A stretch of DNA of 64,000 nucleotides from Hydrolagus colliei (lineage: Eukaryota), in NCBI GenBank assembly GCA_035084275.1, contig CM068755.1, positions 12,524,001-12,588,000 of the forward strand. The letters run 5' to 3'. Position numbers and translations under genes: made by a program. The notes under the pieces were generated by a model, which had not been told where the DNA came from, made no database searches, and saw nothing but the letters and a program-made list of their open reading frames with translations. Positions 24,306-38,594 of this stretch are shown piece by piece; position 1 is the stretch's first letter; each line of letters begins with the position of its first letter.

Positions 24306-27300
24306 ATCCCAGCGAACACCAGCAGGACAACCCAAAAAAGTAACTAACCAACTAACCTTTGAGCTGATCCCATAATCCCTTCACAGTCCATATCCTTTTA
24401 ATTTTGAAAGTTCTGTGTTCCAAATTTTTTAATGTAAGTCGTTACCTTTATCCTTCTTAATTCTGTTGCTACCTATTAAACGTGTTTATGTTTAACATGG
24501 CACAATATGAGAAGATTTTTTTACAGTTTTGAATCAAACTTTGCACGATGTAAAAATTTAACCTTGCACTAGTTGTGTGAAAATATAATCGTCCATTTGA
24601 TAGCTCTGATTTGCATATGCATTCACAATTTCAGAACTAACAATCCAATTAGACATTTTAAAGTCCAGAGAGTTTCCTTGGTTTAGCTTAAGATACTGCT
24701 TTCCCTGACAGAATTAGCATAAAAATTAAACAATTCTCTTAAGAGATAAGCAAAGTAATATCTGTTCTATCATTGGAAAATTAGATGCAGAGAAAACGTA
24801 GAGAAAAATAAAAATGGTTGAAGTAGTTATAAGACGTTTACTGAATTAAAAATTATATCAACTACTGTTGCAAAGTGATTGGCTCTGCTGAAATAAATAG
24901 TACATTTAATAATCTGTTGTTCAGAATTCACCAAATTGTGTAGAGTTAACTTATTACCCTAATCTAGTGGGTAAACATAATCATTTGCAGATACACCTAC
25001 TTACCACCAAAGACCAACACAAATAAATATCTTTCCTTTCTTCATATCACACAGAAATGCCAAATGTACAATTAAATTTATAAACAAACACTGAAAATTT
25101 CCAGTAACTAAAGAGAAGCGTACTTGTTGGTACTAATACAACATACTCTGTTTTATTAGTAGCAGGCTCAATGCAAAGTGGATTTCTATCTGCAGTTAGA
25201 ATAGTTTTCCGTCTTGCTTTTAGGGCTTCCTTTGTTTGGATGTTTTCTCCCCTCTCACTTTGTCCCATTGTATTCCTCTTAAGAAGCTCTCATTACAGCA
25301 CACCCTCCTTTAGATGTGAGGTTGAGATAGTGCGGGCTGTAAACTCTTCCACTACAGCTTCAGTGCTGCTTTAAACATTTTCGTATAACTCAACTTCAAA
25401 CTACTGTAGATATAAAATATCAAAAGTCCTTCTGCACTCCCCCGATTTATCATCTGACTCTTCGAATGTCTATTTTTATATTGCATTCATATTCTAGTTG
25501 AGATTAAATTCTGTCTGAATCACTATTTTATCCATACTGACGTAGCTTTTTGATGTTGGCTTCATATCCCTTTTTGCCATTACTCGCATCTTTCCATAGC
25601 TCGGAAACAATCTGAGTTAACATGCCGGTGACTATTTTAGTTGCTACTATCATTAATATTATTTTTAGTATTTCCATTATTAGTTTTTCTTTCAGATAAA
25701 TATCCTAAGATTTGTGAGCGAAGGCCTCCCTCAACCCTCAGTGCTGATCTCTGCATAAAGGAAGAAACTCGCAGGCTCACCTCAACCATCTGATATTGAC
25801 AGTGCATCAAACTGGTACTGTTACAATTCCCCAAAGAGAGTAACTTTGTTTATGCTGCTACTGACTGTCAGGAATGATTACCTTATTACGCTACCTATTG
25901 GACTTCGAGATCTCCCTCCTGATTTCTGCTGCCAACACTGACCAGGGACAATACCTTAGCTGACTCAACGACACTACCTTAGCTGTCTCCCCTGAGAAAA
26001 TAAGCTTTCTTCTTCCTCATTAGCTTTGCTAACTACAGTACCTAGTGGAAGTAATGTTTTGCCTCCTTGTGTTGTGATTGACAGGGGTAGCTACCACTGG
26101 TAACTCCCTCGAAGGAGCAATTATTCTTCTCCATGATTAGCCCTCTCCCACCTGGTGATTTTACGCTGTAGTTGCCCTGGATCTTACAACAAACACTAAG
26201 CTCAGAGCTGTTCCACGTCACCGCCGACACTGAGGAAATCAATGCTCCTGAATTGTCGTATTCAAGCACCACAACAGAACCTTCCTTTCTAATGATATAA
26301 AGATGAAATTGTTACATAATTGATTATAAAAATTACCAAAGGAAAGCAGTGTGACTGTTAGAGCCACACAGTGTAGCTCGAAGAAATTAAGTGATGGGTA
26401 ATTTCACCCATTCTAAGTGAGACAGGGTTAACCAGCTGACTACAATATCTGCAAGAAAATAATTAGCTTCCTTCAACTTTGCCACCAGGACATGGGTGGG
26501 TGGTACTTTCTATGATCAAGTTGTTCTCCTTTTATCATATAACAGACCCAAGTAAAGATTTTTGTCCAAAGCTAATTTTAATTAAACCAGATAAACCGGT
26601 GGCTTTAGAGCTTTGTTGAAGCTCTATAACACCAATAAGGAAAGCTTGACATTTTCATCTGTGCCAATATCAGAGCTATTTAGTTCAGCTCAATTCCTCC
26701 AAGGTCTTGCACACTCCTTCCTCCCTGAATTGCCACAGGTGGTGGGTGCATGTTGGAAGACCAATTCGGTGCATAGGACACTGTTGAAACATGTGAGTTT
26801 AAGTACTGTGAGGAACAATTGAAAACAGATTGGAATACATTGTACCGCCTGATTTGGCTGCTTAAATTCTAGTTAATTAAAGATTAAGTGTATAATTTTA
26901 CAAAGCAGTGCTCCGTGCACGGGAAAAAAATATGTGTACACTGCATATTTTAACAATGAATATCTGTTTATAAAAAAAATTGCTAGATATATAACATTTC
27001 TTCATGAACAGATTTTACATTTGTAGGGATTCAGCAAAGTAAACAATCTGCTGAATATATTGGAATATTTGTGCTTTTAATTAAAAATAAAAATACTGGA
27101 AATTATTGTCGATTCTGGTAAAAAAAAGAGTTGTACTTCGTACATTACTGGGCTGCATTGTGAGATGTTGTTTAACTGTATTTTTAGAATAAGGTGCCTT
27201 CATTTTTTAGAGGTGAGCACGTTATTAACTTTTTGCATTTTCTGCACTTATTAATGTGCAAAACCATTAAAAAAAAACGCTACATTGAATGTTAAGACAC

Positions 27301-28361
27301 ATTTTCATCACCTAAATATTTAAACAGATATATCTGTAACTCAATGGATTTGAAATGCAATATAATATCAAATTGTGAGAGTCCTTCTCTTCTTATGAAG
27401 TAACCTGTTTTAGCTATAATTGCCCGATATTCATTTGTAAAAGATCCACGGCTATAATCGACTGAAATTTATTTTGGCCATGTAATGATGTGATTTGACT
27501 GTATTGTATGCATCAACTTATTCTGAAATTGCATTCGTCCCGATCACAAGCAGCTACACTTTGCAATCAACTGAGCACTCCACCCCAAAGTAACAGTGTG
27601 CAGTGAGCAGTTTAGGTAAATAATCTGTGTGTGCATAGTTACCTTGCAGTGAGCAAAAATGAGGAAGCGGTTGAAAATACATTTACAAATTCACCTTGGC
27701 AGTGTTTCACACTATCAATAGGAATGCTGTTGCAGTTTTAATTTGCTCTTTGTACTGAAGGGGCTTAGGTTAGTTAATTTCAATTTTTGATTTCAAAAGC
27801 TATCAAATATTGCTCATATGAGAAATCAATTTTCTCAGTTGCCCTGTTTTTGACAGTAGGGAAGTGGTATTGGCTGTCAGGCACTCACGTGGTGCTGCTG
27901 AAGATTAGTTCAGTAGGTCTGTGTCACTGGCACCTCAATTACTGGCTGCCTCTTGTAATTTAGCTTTATAACACCTAATTCAGAGACGAAACTCATATAT
28001 AATTCATGAAAGCTTCCACCGGAGTAATTGTGAAATAAATTGCCATAGAAAATATCCATTTGTGACTAAAATTTATATTTGGTATGTGCGCAGCATTCAG
28101 CTTTGCTACTCGGGTGTTCCTTGTGGAACGCAACAAACAAAAGAATTTGAGCCAAGGAGTGTATGTATCCATGACTGCTACAGATGATTGAATATATACT
28201 TTCCCTAATATTCGTTCCTGATCACCATTTTTTTCTCATCCCCCTCCCCACCCCCCGCATCCTCCCCCCACCTCACCCCGCAGACACACACACACCGAAG
28301 TTAACTAAAGGGAAACACTTTGTTTTTTCTTCACATTTTGTCTGTTGATTCCATCCTCTGC

Positions 28362-28375
28362 GTTGTTATGGCAAC
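28362..28375. promoter_or_regulatory. RFX X-box motif
   Basis: GTTGTTATGGCAAC fits the X-box consensus (GTTNYY-AT-RGNAAC) and lies in a TE-free, motif-rich block. Confidence 0.55.
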
Positions 28376-31063
28376 AAGGTAGGTGAGGCCTACTCAACTG
28401 ACAACCTCAGCTGTCATCCTCACCTAAAAGCTTTGTAATTGCTCTCATTTGCATATGACAATTAGCCAAGATAGCTCACAGCAAGAGATTGAACCTTTCT
28501 TGTTCAAAGTATATAAAACGCATGACTATTATTTTGAAAGATATGTTCCATGTGGTTATGCACTCAGACACTGCAATGGGCCTTTTCATCTTATTCTTAT
28601 AATAAACAAAAGGGAAGGCCTCAGTCTCGGTGTAAGAAACATCTATCGCAACGGAGTGAAAAAATACAAAGTCTTCCCATTTTGTTCTCATACGAACAAA
28701 TATATATACCGAGTTCTACACAGAGGATTTTTTTCTCTCTTTCTGCACACAGAAGAGAGGAGCACTAATGAAAACCTCTTGAACCAGCCAGATGGTGACA
28801 ATGTTTTTTTTGGGGGAAAAAAGTGTCACTGCCCCTTCGAGCTCTCATCTGAGAGCAGGAGAAATAGATCTGTCATTCATCCGCCCTAGGTCCGTCACCG
28901 TGTGTCGAAGCTTTTCATTTTGACAGCTCAGCTCAGAATCTTCATGAAAGCAAAATCCATGCAACTGCACTCTCTCTTGCCCTCGGATCTTGGAACTTTA
29001 ATGAAACTCAGATAGCTTAATAAAGGCAGGGGCTCACATGAGTAATCCAGACAGTTGCTTTGGAAAAAAATAGTATTTTCCTGTGTATTATTCTAATCAT
29101 TTTGGGTGGAATGAAGGAGCTTTAGAATGAGTAGACACTGAAGAGGTAGAGTGTCCATGGATTGATGTTACCCCACGATTAACTGGTACCTCCCCCAGTG
29201 AAAGGCTATTGCTCATATTTCCTTGAGTAAATATCCATACGCATATTGCAATTTGCACCTATACAGCTGGATCCGCAATCTGTGACTTTTGTCCATGAGG
29301 GAAATAAATATTTCTTGCAATGTAGGAAATTAGATTGCGGTCTGTCTGAATTCTATTAATACTATTTTAAGGAGTGTGATTATTTGATTTTCCAAGAGGG
29401 GGGTAGTGGGGGATAGAGCGAAAAAGAGAAACAACAACTGCAATAAATATAGACAAATGTTGCCTAATTTTAAGGTAACCCTAGAGTTTAATAATTACAT
29501 TATTATCTTATCAGGGACAAACAAATCGTCAAAGGTGTCAGCAATGGTCTTTAAATTTACCAATCTACAGTTTTCTTTCAATTCTTGAAAATAAAGTGCA
29601 GAAAATACATCCCAATGTAATTTAGGAATACATTTCTATAAATGTAAATATTAACTGGTGCGAATCTGGGATCAGAAATTTGAGTTTGGGGATAAACCAG
29701 GGCCGGGATTTGCTCGAGTTAGGTTTAAATAAGATCAGGGTTTCTTTAGAAATGGCAGATTCTGTCTCCGAGCTGAAGGAGCTTTTCAGTTCACCATTGA
29801 TTTCTATGATGAAATGATGGTACAGATCTAACTGATTTTAATGGCTTTATACTTTGTTTTCATTGAGACCAAATTGAAATATCAGAACCAAGAGACTTTG
29901 CTTCAGATGAATAAATATCAGTTTTTATTTTTGAAATATTAAAGTTTGAAATACGTACATCAGTGCTTCATAAGAGCACATTGCAATGGAACAATGTCAG
30001 ATGTGACTTTCATTATCATGATACAATAATTTATTATTAGCATTATTATTTGAAGAAAACTTGTCAAGTTAAATATTCCAATTTTACTTTGTGAGATTAT
30101 CATTTTGTCTGGATATGCAAAACCACCCGTTCCAAATATTACCTGGAAACAAAATTGATCCCGTGAAAGGCAATGGACAAGCAATATTTAATCCCAAACT
30201 CATTTGTTTCATTTTTAAACTGCCTATATTTTATTTCCGACATTTTATATCAGGCTGTCGTTAATATGCGGAGTGAGTTTTCAATTGACCGAGTACCAAG
30301 AAGCACCTCATCTTCTCATTTCAGTTGTATCTATGAATAATTAAAAGCCCTAATGTGCTCGGGTCATTTGGGTTTTACCGGAGTCTTAGCACACTACAAA
30401 ACATCTCGCCTCATGGCAGACATTTTTTTTGTAATTTAAAATTCGGTGCCAGGTTCTGTGAAGAGCCGAGACTTGGCAAGGGTTTAGCTGTAATTTGCAG
30501 TCTACAGCGTATGCTAGCAAAGACCCTTTCCAACAGTTTGCTCGGAAGAGTCAATAGGGGGCATCCCTCATCTGTCATAGAGAAAAAATAGCTGAATTCT
30601 AATTAGCATTCCATTTGTCAGCGGCGAAGGTTGCTGTTGTTAGATTCCAGGCTTCATTGTTTCAGATAAATTGCCAGCTATTCCCCCACCCCCACCCTTA
30701 CCTCTGGCCATGAGAGAACTGGTGTCTTATTTTACTACCGTAAGGCTTAGTTTGAGATAATGTTTGTGGAATGTAAGTATTGTGCGGAATAAATGCAAGT
30801 CATGCTTTTATAAAGGAGCTGCGTTCTTCCTGGCATTGATGCCAAGGGCTGGCAGAGTTTCTGTGATCCTTGTGACTCAATACAGTGACACTGAAAACTT
30901 GAGGATGTTGCAGATACTTTAACTAGGTTCTGAGCCTTAGATGATAACCATATTGGAGCTCTATCTGACAATGATGAGTAAAAAAAAAAGCCTTATTGTT
31001 CAATCATTTTTCTAGTGTCCTTCAGAAGCTGCAAACAAAATAACAACAAATAATTAAAAAAAT

Positions 31064-31190
31064 GGTTCGTGGACCCTAAACGTTAACTCAGTTCTCCTTT
31101 CTCCATAGATGCTGCCTGACCTGCTGAGTGTTCCATGGGTTTCTGTTTTTGTTTAGGACTCCCAGCATTTGCAGTATTTTACGTTTTTGT
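31064..31190 (+). mobile_element. Penelope-type terminal repeat (pLTR-like) copy, hammerhead core damaged
   Basis: GGTTCGTGGACCCTAAACGTTAACTC...CTCCATAGATGCTGCCTGACCTGCTGAGTGTTCC...TTCTGTTTTTGTTT...CCAGCATTTGCAGTATTTT aligns to both arms at 62368-62691. Confidence 0.8.
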
Positions 31191-31379
31191 AATATACAAT
31201 AATCCTTGGATTTGGAAGGACAACTCGATTTTACATTAAATCCCAGCTACAAATACAAATACAATGATTTAAAATGGAAACCTGAACATTTGCAATACCA
31301 TTGGTTCAAATATAGACAACAGCGTGTGGTTTAAAAACTGTCCGGAATAGTAAGTGCTGACATGACTTTACGTTTCTGT

Positions 31380-31445
31380 CCAGTATCTTGGGAAGTCTTC
31401 CCGATGTGAAAGGCACTATACAAATGTAAATTTGTTGATGTTGTT
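31380..31445 (+). mobile_element. Tail-only retroposon 3' end, (TTG)n type
   Basis: TTGGGAAGTCTTCCCGATGTGAAAGGCACTATACAAATGTAAATTTGTTGATGTTGTT. Confidence 0.75.
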
Positions 31446-32163
31446 AATCTGAATAAGGTTTACTTATTTGTTAACATGATAGGCTTATATAAATTCATGA
31501 ATTTTAGTCAGTTCTGGATTTGTCAGTGTAACATATTAAGGATTAATGTCAACTGAAGTGCGAACACTCACTCATGCACGCACACAAATGAACATTGGTT
31601 TTATCAATCTGTAAAACTGAAAAGTGGAATCAAAGAAATGTCCTAAACTACAGACTGTTTAACACCACCCTCCAACTAAGTGATATGGTTATCATTTTGT
31701 TAGGGCTTTTTTCCCCCCATTTGGCGCAGAAATGTAGTTGCAGCCTTCAAAGGGCAAATGAAGAAAATAGTTCCTGAAAACTTAAAGTACCGTGGTATCT
31801 AAGGTGAGGAATACCAAGTCCTTTAAATACATTTCCCAGACATATTTTGCATAATGAATGCATACTTTACGAGATTCTTCTGTATTTTCATGTCATTTGA
31901 GAATTCCATTTTCTATTTGTGAAGAGCGCCAGATGGCATTGAAATGGAATGACCTGTGAGATTGTAACCGCCACCAGCGGAAGCCTCCACTAATCCACAG
32001 TCTTCACTTTGTTGAACTTCCACAGACTCACTGTCACCTTCTCATTTTATCACTTGCTGGTAGCTCCCCAGAGCGCGGTAGCTGTACCAACCATCTCTCC
32101 TGCCCTCGTTGCTCTTTTCACCTTTGAAAAAATTATGTAGAAATGGAGAAAAGCAATGGTTGA

Positions 32164-32189
32164 GGAGAGAGAAAGAAAGAGAGAGAGAG
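32164..32189. repeat. GA-rich microsatellite
   Basis: GAGAGAGAAAGAAAGAGAGAGAGAG seen directly. Confidence 0.9.
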
Positions 32190-35100
32190 CCAAAAAGAAC
32201 AATTGAGCAGACCTTTTAGAGAATATGCACCTTTATTAAACTGCTACTCATGCTATTGATTTTGTTTAGGTACAAGAGAAAGAATTAGACTTTAAATTGT
32301 AATGGAAAGCGGAACACAATTTTGCCTGGCTACCTGAACTTTAAACATTTGTCTTTCCTTCCATTAATATGGTTCTTACTATCAGCAGCAGCTAATGGAA
32401 TGCATACAATTGTGGGATATTTCTAATGTTCCCTTACATTTTCTTTTTGATTATTTCCTTTAGCTGGTTGATCAAGCCTCCAAGTCATCACTCTGATAGA
32501 TCATGTATCAGGTTTCACCTTATTTACTCTTCAATTAAGTGAATACATTCCTTGAGTAGCTTGTTATTTTAAAATATGTTCCATGTAATGCCAAAGCACA
32601 TTGACAAAATGTTAGTAGTATATTATTTCTAATTATTTTGATTTGCATTTCGAAACGTTGAACTATAATGTTTTATGTACCAAAACAAAATGACATGTTG
32701 AATGGAATACACAGAGAATATGCTTCCTGCATAACTATTTGTATTTTGAATTAGCGTTTTCAGTTCCAATGCATTTAATAATATTTTATTTCCAAACTGT
32801 TATATGAACAGCATTTCCACTTTATTCTATATCGCTCATGCAGCTTGTCAGCTGGAAATGAAATTCACATTTCCATAGAGGTGATGTTTTCACCTGCACA
32901 GTCGCCCTTTTTCCCCAAGAGACATCAGCTACACTGCTACGTGCCCTATCAATTGTTGTTTTTCAGTGCTCTTCCCCACATAGCACCAATGGCATCCCAA
33001 GGTCAATTCAACCTTTACTATGTCGCAACAATTTAAAAAAAAACATTAAAAAATTACAAAGTGGTCCTTCCTCCAAAGTTTCAAAGTATAAAAAATTATT
33101 TAAAAATAACTACGATCTACTTCAGTGCTTTAAAGGGTGCCTTTCTATGACACAAGACACCAGGGAATTGACATTACGGATGAGTCAAACGATGAGCGCA
33201 TTGCTCTGCTCTGCCTCAGACAAAAAGGTGAGTAAAATATGTAAATAGGTACAATACTATTAAATCACTACACATAAAAAGTGTCACGTTAAAACAAGTC
33301 ATAGGGAACATGATTTTTCATTTTCAGCTATAAGAAGCATTAGCTTAAACGCAACTTTTTAAGAGGTCATCATAACTTCCAGAAACAATACTTCATGACT
33401 AGGCACGATACGTTCTCACTATACACCAATCGTATTTTCAAAAATTACTGGTCAAAAAAATTATATTTAAAAACATTATATCCACTTGTCAAAATAAAAA
33501 AAACATGAATACAGAAATATTGCTGAATTTGTGGTACTGTTCATAGCCTTAACCTTGTATTGCATCAATGCAAATCTGAGGTTAGAAAAATTGTATCATT
33601 TTATTGTTAAGACTAGTGACTTAACATATAACAGTGTGAAGAAATGTGACCAGTCTTTATTTCAAGGCCAGCTTTTAAATTGGGTAAACTCGACTTCCAA
33701 ATTAAGACTGAATTGACGAGTTTTTCAAAATTCGGCACAATCTTAAATTGAAGACTAAGGTTAAGACTATGAATAAGCACTATTTTACGCACCTCCGCTC
33801 TCTTTTTGAATGAGGAACAAAGATCTATTGAAAAAAAACATGGTCATAAGCTTCTATTAGTCAGGGATAGTCAACATCATAAATCATTTCCTTCAAACTT
33901 ATTTTTATTGCAGATTTGCAAGGCTCCACTGTGGCAAAAGTTCAGGGAGGGAATAATGCAAAACCAACTAATTAGACTCCTTCCAAAAAGATTTTCTGAC
34001 CAATGCTCTTCAACCGCCTGTAAGTTGCATTTTAATGGTACATGGAGGATTACATTTATTTATTTTGTAATATAAGACGTTTATTCCCTGGTGGTAGAGC
34101 AGCCACCGAGGGAGGAGTTTTTTTTGTTTCACCTATATTTTCTAAAAAGTAGCAACTTGCACAGAATTTCCATTTCCCTGGTGCTAATGGGAATGACACA
34201 AATGATGGCCCCCCCATCATTACCACTTCATTTAAATATAAATGTGCCGGTGCACACTTGCAGCAGTCCCCTAAATTGGTGTGTAGCGCCTGAAAATAAC
34301 AATTTTACACAACTGCGGCGAAGGAAAGTGCAAATCACCACTTGCTCAAGATCGTCTTTTGCAACAACCATCCTAACATTGTTAATATTTACCAATGTTG
34401 AACAAATTCCTTTGCACTGAAATGACACCAGCAAACATGAGAAGTCTATAGCACATTCATCATTACTTAAAAGGGAAAATTAGCTTAGGTTAGGTCAGGT
34501 ATGACCTTACAACAAAAGGCGGATGATCGGGCCGGCGATACCTCTATGGAAGATTGAGAGAAAATGTGTAAAAGCCCCTAAAAAAAACAAAGAATTGTTA
34601 TCTATTTAAAATTTCCTTCATTCCATTTTTCTTGAAAAACTTATTTGCCTGGTGCTCTTCTTGAGTTGACCTTGTAAAAGTTGGGAGGGAAACGATGGGT
34701 GCATTAGGTTAATTAGGTTTTCTTTCTAATGTATCCAATTTGGGATCCAACAAAGGCTATGTCTCCAACCTGTCCTCCCTACGCACAGTGAGTTAACCAA
34801 GATTCCACTGTTGACTGGTCTGACAAAGAGACTTTGGATTGTCACATACCACCTTTTACGGTGATGCTCTTTATAATATAGCTGAATGACCCAGCATTAT
34901 TGCCTGCAAGTAGGAAATAATCTTCAGTTCTGCTTCACCTATTCTTCCAACTAAATGGGTATGAAATGGCTATAGAAAAAATGATATTGAAACAGAGAAT
35001 AGAGGTAGAGGAAATTCATCAATATACAATGCAGTGTGCTCAAATTATGATGGGCCTTTAATTTATGTGGAGGATAAATTTGAATCAGTTATGACTTTAA

Positions 35101-36889
35101 ATAGAAAATGCTAAACTTTAGACGAGTAATTATAAAAAAATACTCCCGGGGGGTCAGGATCCTCCCATCTACTAAAGAAGCAATGAGTGCGCTTTTCCAT
35201 GAGGGAAAAGTGGAAACAAACTTTATCCTCAGCTTCAGGACAAAAAAACTCTGCAGATTAAACCACCTTCTCAATTAACACCTCTCCTGAAAATCCCAAT
35301 AGGGTCAGCATTCTCTCATGTGACATTGTCTACCTGCCTAGACTGTCTAAATACATGCCTTTACTGAGTCCAGAAATAATACTGTCTTCGTGCCAGGACT
35401 TCGTGACTCACTACAGATTATGTCCGTGTGGAAGAGAGATATGATAAGCACTGATGATGAGGGTCTGAGGTTAATATTTAAATGCAGCTGGCTATTGTGG
35501 TATGCAGTTTTTCTTTTACTTTCAATTAAACTGATAAACGAATATATTCTTTTCGAACATAAATCTGTTTAGCTCAAAGCAACGCAAACTTTTATTTTTG
35601 TAGCTATTTGTTTCTTTGCAGGCCTTTGTAACAGTCCTTAATGCTCAGAATAAGACAGTTGATGTGCAAATATTAGAATGACATACTATCAATCCGCAGA
35701 AAGAAACTAATTTTTCAATTATCCTGCAGCAGTATTTCTGCACCCTGCTGTGAGATAAGACAAGGTTAGCAATTTCCAGTTTAATGATGGGATACCATTA
35801 TTAAGGCAATGTTCCTGGTGAAGTGTTGTTTATTTTTATAGCATTCATGATGATAATTATACCTATTATAATTTGCGAAGTTATTATGTGTGCAGCATGG
35901 ATTGTGTGGTGCTATGCTGCAATATGCTGTATTAATAGTTAAAACAGGTACGTTTTATTCAGCAAAGCGAAGATATATAAAACAATAACTGAATTCTTAG
36001 GAGCAAAAAGCATTTTTTAAAATTATGTTTTCTGATTATAAATAAGTCAGTAGATTATACTTCTGTGCATTTCTTGTTATGAATGGATATCTTGAAGTTC
36101 TATAACTCTCGCAATAATATGTTAACATCTATTCACTCCACGTATACATTTGCATATTCTAGGGTGATCCTTTAATCGTCAGTAAAATTACCAACCTTGG
36201 CAGCTGATGCAAGTTATTTTTTTGGGGTGACCAGTAAATTAGTCAATTCTCAGAGAATTAACCCTCTGATTTCCCCCTTGGAACCATCTAGCACATCAGA
36301 GCACAGTGCATTTGTTGTTTCTGTCCTGATATTGTCCCATTCAAAGTCAGATCAAATCAATAAAAATCATTGGATCTTAAACGATGAAATGATCATTAGA
36401 GTATGAAGATTTCATATTGAAATCTGAAGCAAATTTCACAGATTTATTTTCTTCAAAATGAGTGTTCCATTGGTTTGGTGTTGGAGGGTTCTATGCAACC
36501 TTTACGTTGGCACAGGTTACAAGTTGCTTTCATATTTGACACAAACCTTTCTGACAACAGGTCACAGGGCCCTGCATTGGTGGCTTAATTGGTGCAGCAA
36601 CAGTAATAACCACATGTGTTATCCTTTTGAAAAGTGAAGAGGAATGAATGAAGCACAAGCATAAGAACCAAAGGTATGTTGCCATTTGTAGAACTAACCC
36701 AATATAATACCGATCAAGCTATCGTTAAGTAAATTATATTTGATTGATTTTGGGGGGAATCACAAAATTTCAACAAGTATGTATCAGACTAAACAAATTT
36801 TGGGCAATCTAAATTGCTATCTTAATCAAGAAAGTTGCAAGTATAAGGAATTTCTCAGTATTTATTGATAAAATATCCTGGGATCCGCT

Positions 36890-36958
36890 ATTGTAAAGCG
36901 CTCTGAGACACCGTCCGGTATGGAGGGCGCTAAATAAATCGAAGTTGTTGTTGTTGTT
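36890..36958 (+). mobile_element. Young, extremely 5'-truncated L2-type 3' end
   Basis: TGTAAAGCGCTCTGAGACACCGTCCGGTATGGAGGGCGCTAAATAAATCGAAG(TTG)n, with CpGs retained. Confidence 0.85.
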
Positions 36959-38249
36959 AAAAGTATGTCAAAGGGGAATGGATGCCATTGGGTAGATGTG
37001 CAATTATCATAACACATTTGGTATTGGTAGTGAGATCTGAAAGATCAAAATAGCAGATACTAATGTTTATTATTTAAAATAAATAATATCAATTTTCTAG
37101 GATGTGTGTGTGTATGTTATCTATAAGCCATTTTAGACTCAGAAGATTTAGACACAGTCTTATCACTGAGGTTCTCACAAACTAGAGTAAGTGAGTGCCT
37201 TCGATATTAGATAGTGTCTCCATTGATTAGGTTCCTGTAATATTGTTGAAGTGACACCATCTAGCGAATAACTAGCAGACTAAAGAGCTCTCTCGGGGTA
37301 GCATTGAAATCCTGCCTTCTACCATGGTACTCTTTGACATGCTATATTCTCTTTTCTTCATCTCTTTATTTCATGTTTACTTCTGAAAGGTAAATAGTTT
37401 GTATTATTCTTTTACGTTCTGTTGTTCCTAGCATGATATTTTGCTGCAGCCAAAATACAATGGAATATATGCCACTTTGAGACAAATGCTTCCTTACACC
37501 TGAGAAATAGAGCTATGATAATGAAGTAGCATTATAATTTCTCTTCAGGAGCGTAGGTATACAGGTAAAGTTAATTTGTTACTGCCTTATAAAATTTTAG
37601 TCATTTAAAGCTGTTTGAGGAATGTGTATTAATAAGTAGACAGCTCGAGGGGAGTTTTTTTTAAGTGTTTCTGTGAAAAAAATTCAATCTGGACTGAGCA
37701 TATTTTGATCTATTCAGATGTATCCGGTTTTAAACCACAGGCTGTTTGACTTGAAGCTGCATTAGCAACATGAAAGAAGTTTAGAGTCACCCTCACTTGA
37801 CAATACTTAACCTTGATTTAGGAATGTTCCCTTTGATATTTTTTTTGGACCATAGTACTTGAGCAATCCATACATGAATAACACCTTTTAGCCACTCACA
37901 CAAGCTTAAGGGGAAGCCTGGGAATCTGTATCCCCTGTTGTACAATATACTCAGACTAAGTCAGTGTCCGAGAGACTTAAGTGCCATTTTGTGAAGATAA
38001 ACGAGATATTCTTCCTGACACCTGTTATATTATGAGTGCTACATTTACAGCAGTGTCTTATGATTGATGGTTATGGGTCTCAAATGCTACTTTTGCAACG
38101 ATTTCCATTTTCCCTTGGAAGGTCCGCGTTGGTTCTGTACTCTCTTTCTTACTTTCACCCTTGTTGTTTCTCCATCGTCTCCCGCGACAAGTCACAGCAG
38201 GTTTTTTCTCTTCCTTCTTGACACTAACTCCCAGTATGTCTTTGCTATT

Positions 38250-38390
38250 TCCCAGGACTGTTCTAGTGTTATGCTTGATGTTATCTCCCAGACCTCCCAT
38301 TGCATTATTCCCTCTGCTGCCTCAGTACTTATCCCTCGCCTTCTGCCACTTTGAATTCCTTTATACCAGTCTGTGCCTGCCAGCCCTGCT
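38250..38390 (+). mobile_element. Possible decayed L2 ORF2 fragment
   Basis: Pyrimidine-rich, with SAASVLI...L(D/E)...LA.P resembling the L2 AAE.LI.AF..SRLDY.N.LLAGLP region after frameshifts. Confidence 0.35.
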
Positions 38391-38594
38391 CATTGGGCTT
38401 TTTTTTTCCACTTTTCTTATGCAAATGAAAATGCCAACGATACGTTTCCAAAACTGATCTCTTCTGGCTACAGAACCTGTAAGCTTAGAATGAAGTATTG
38501 CGGCAATATTGAGTTTAAAAGTAGTTACATGAGATGTCATTACATCGTCCCTTTGTGTGTTAATATATCATTTACTTTCAGAAACAAGTACAAA

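Noticed and set aside
28449-28889. 146-aa ORF as a coding exon
   Set aside because: TTG start, no recognisable homology or convincing splice boundaries, and it overlaps a motif-rich enhancer-like block.
37250-37270. CTCF-like motifs (also ~12547, 13597, 31925)
   Set aside because: Only partial matches to a long degenerate motif, and one lies inside a SINE. Not supportable without PWM scoring or ChIP.
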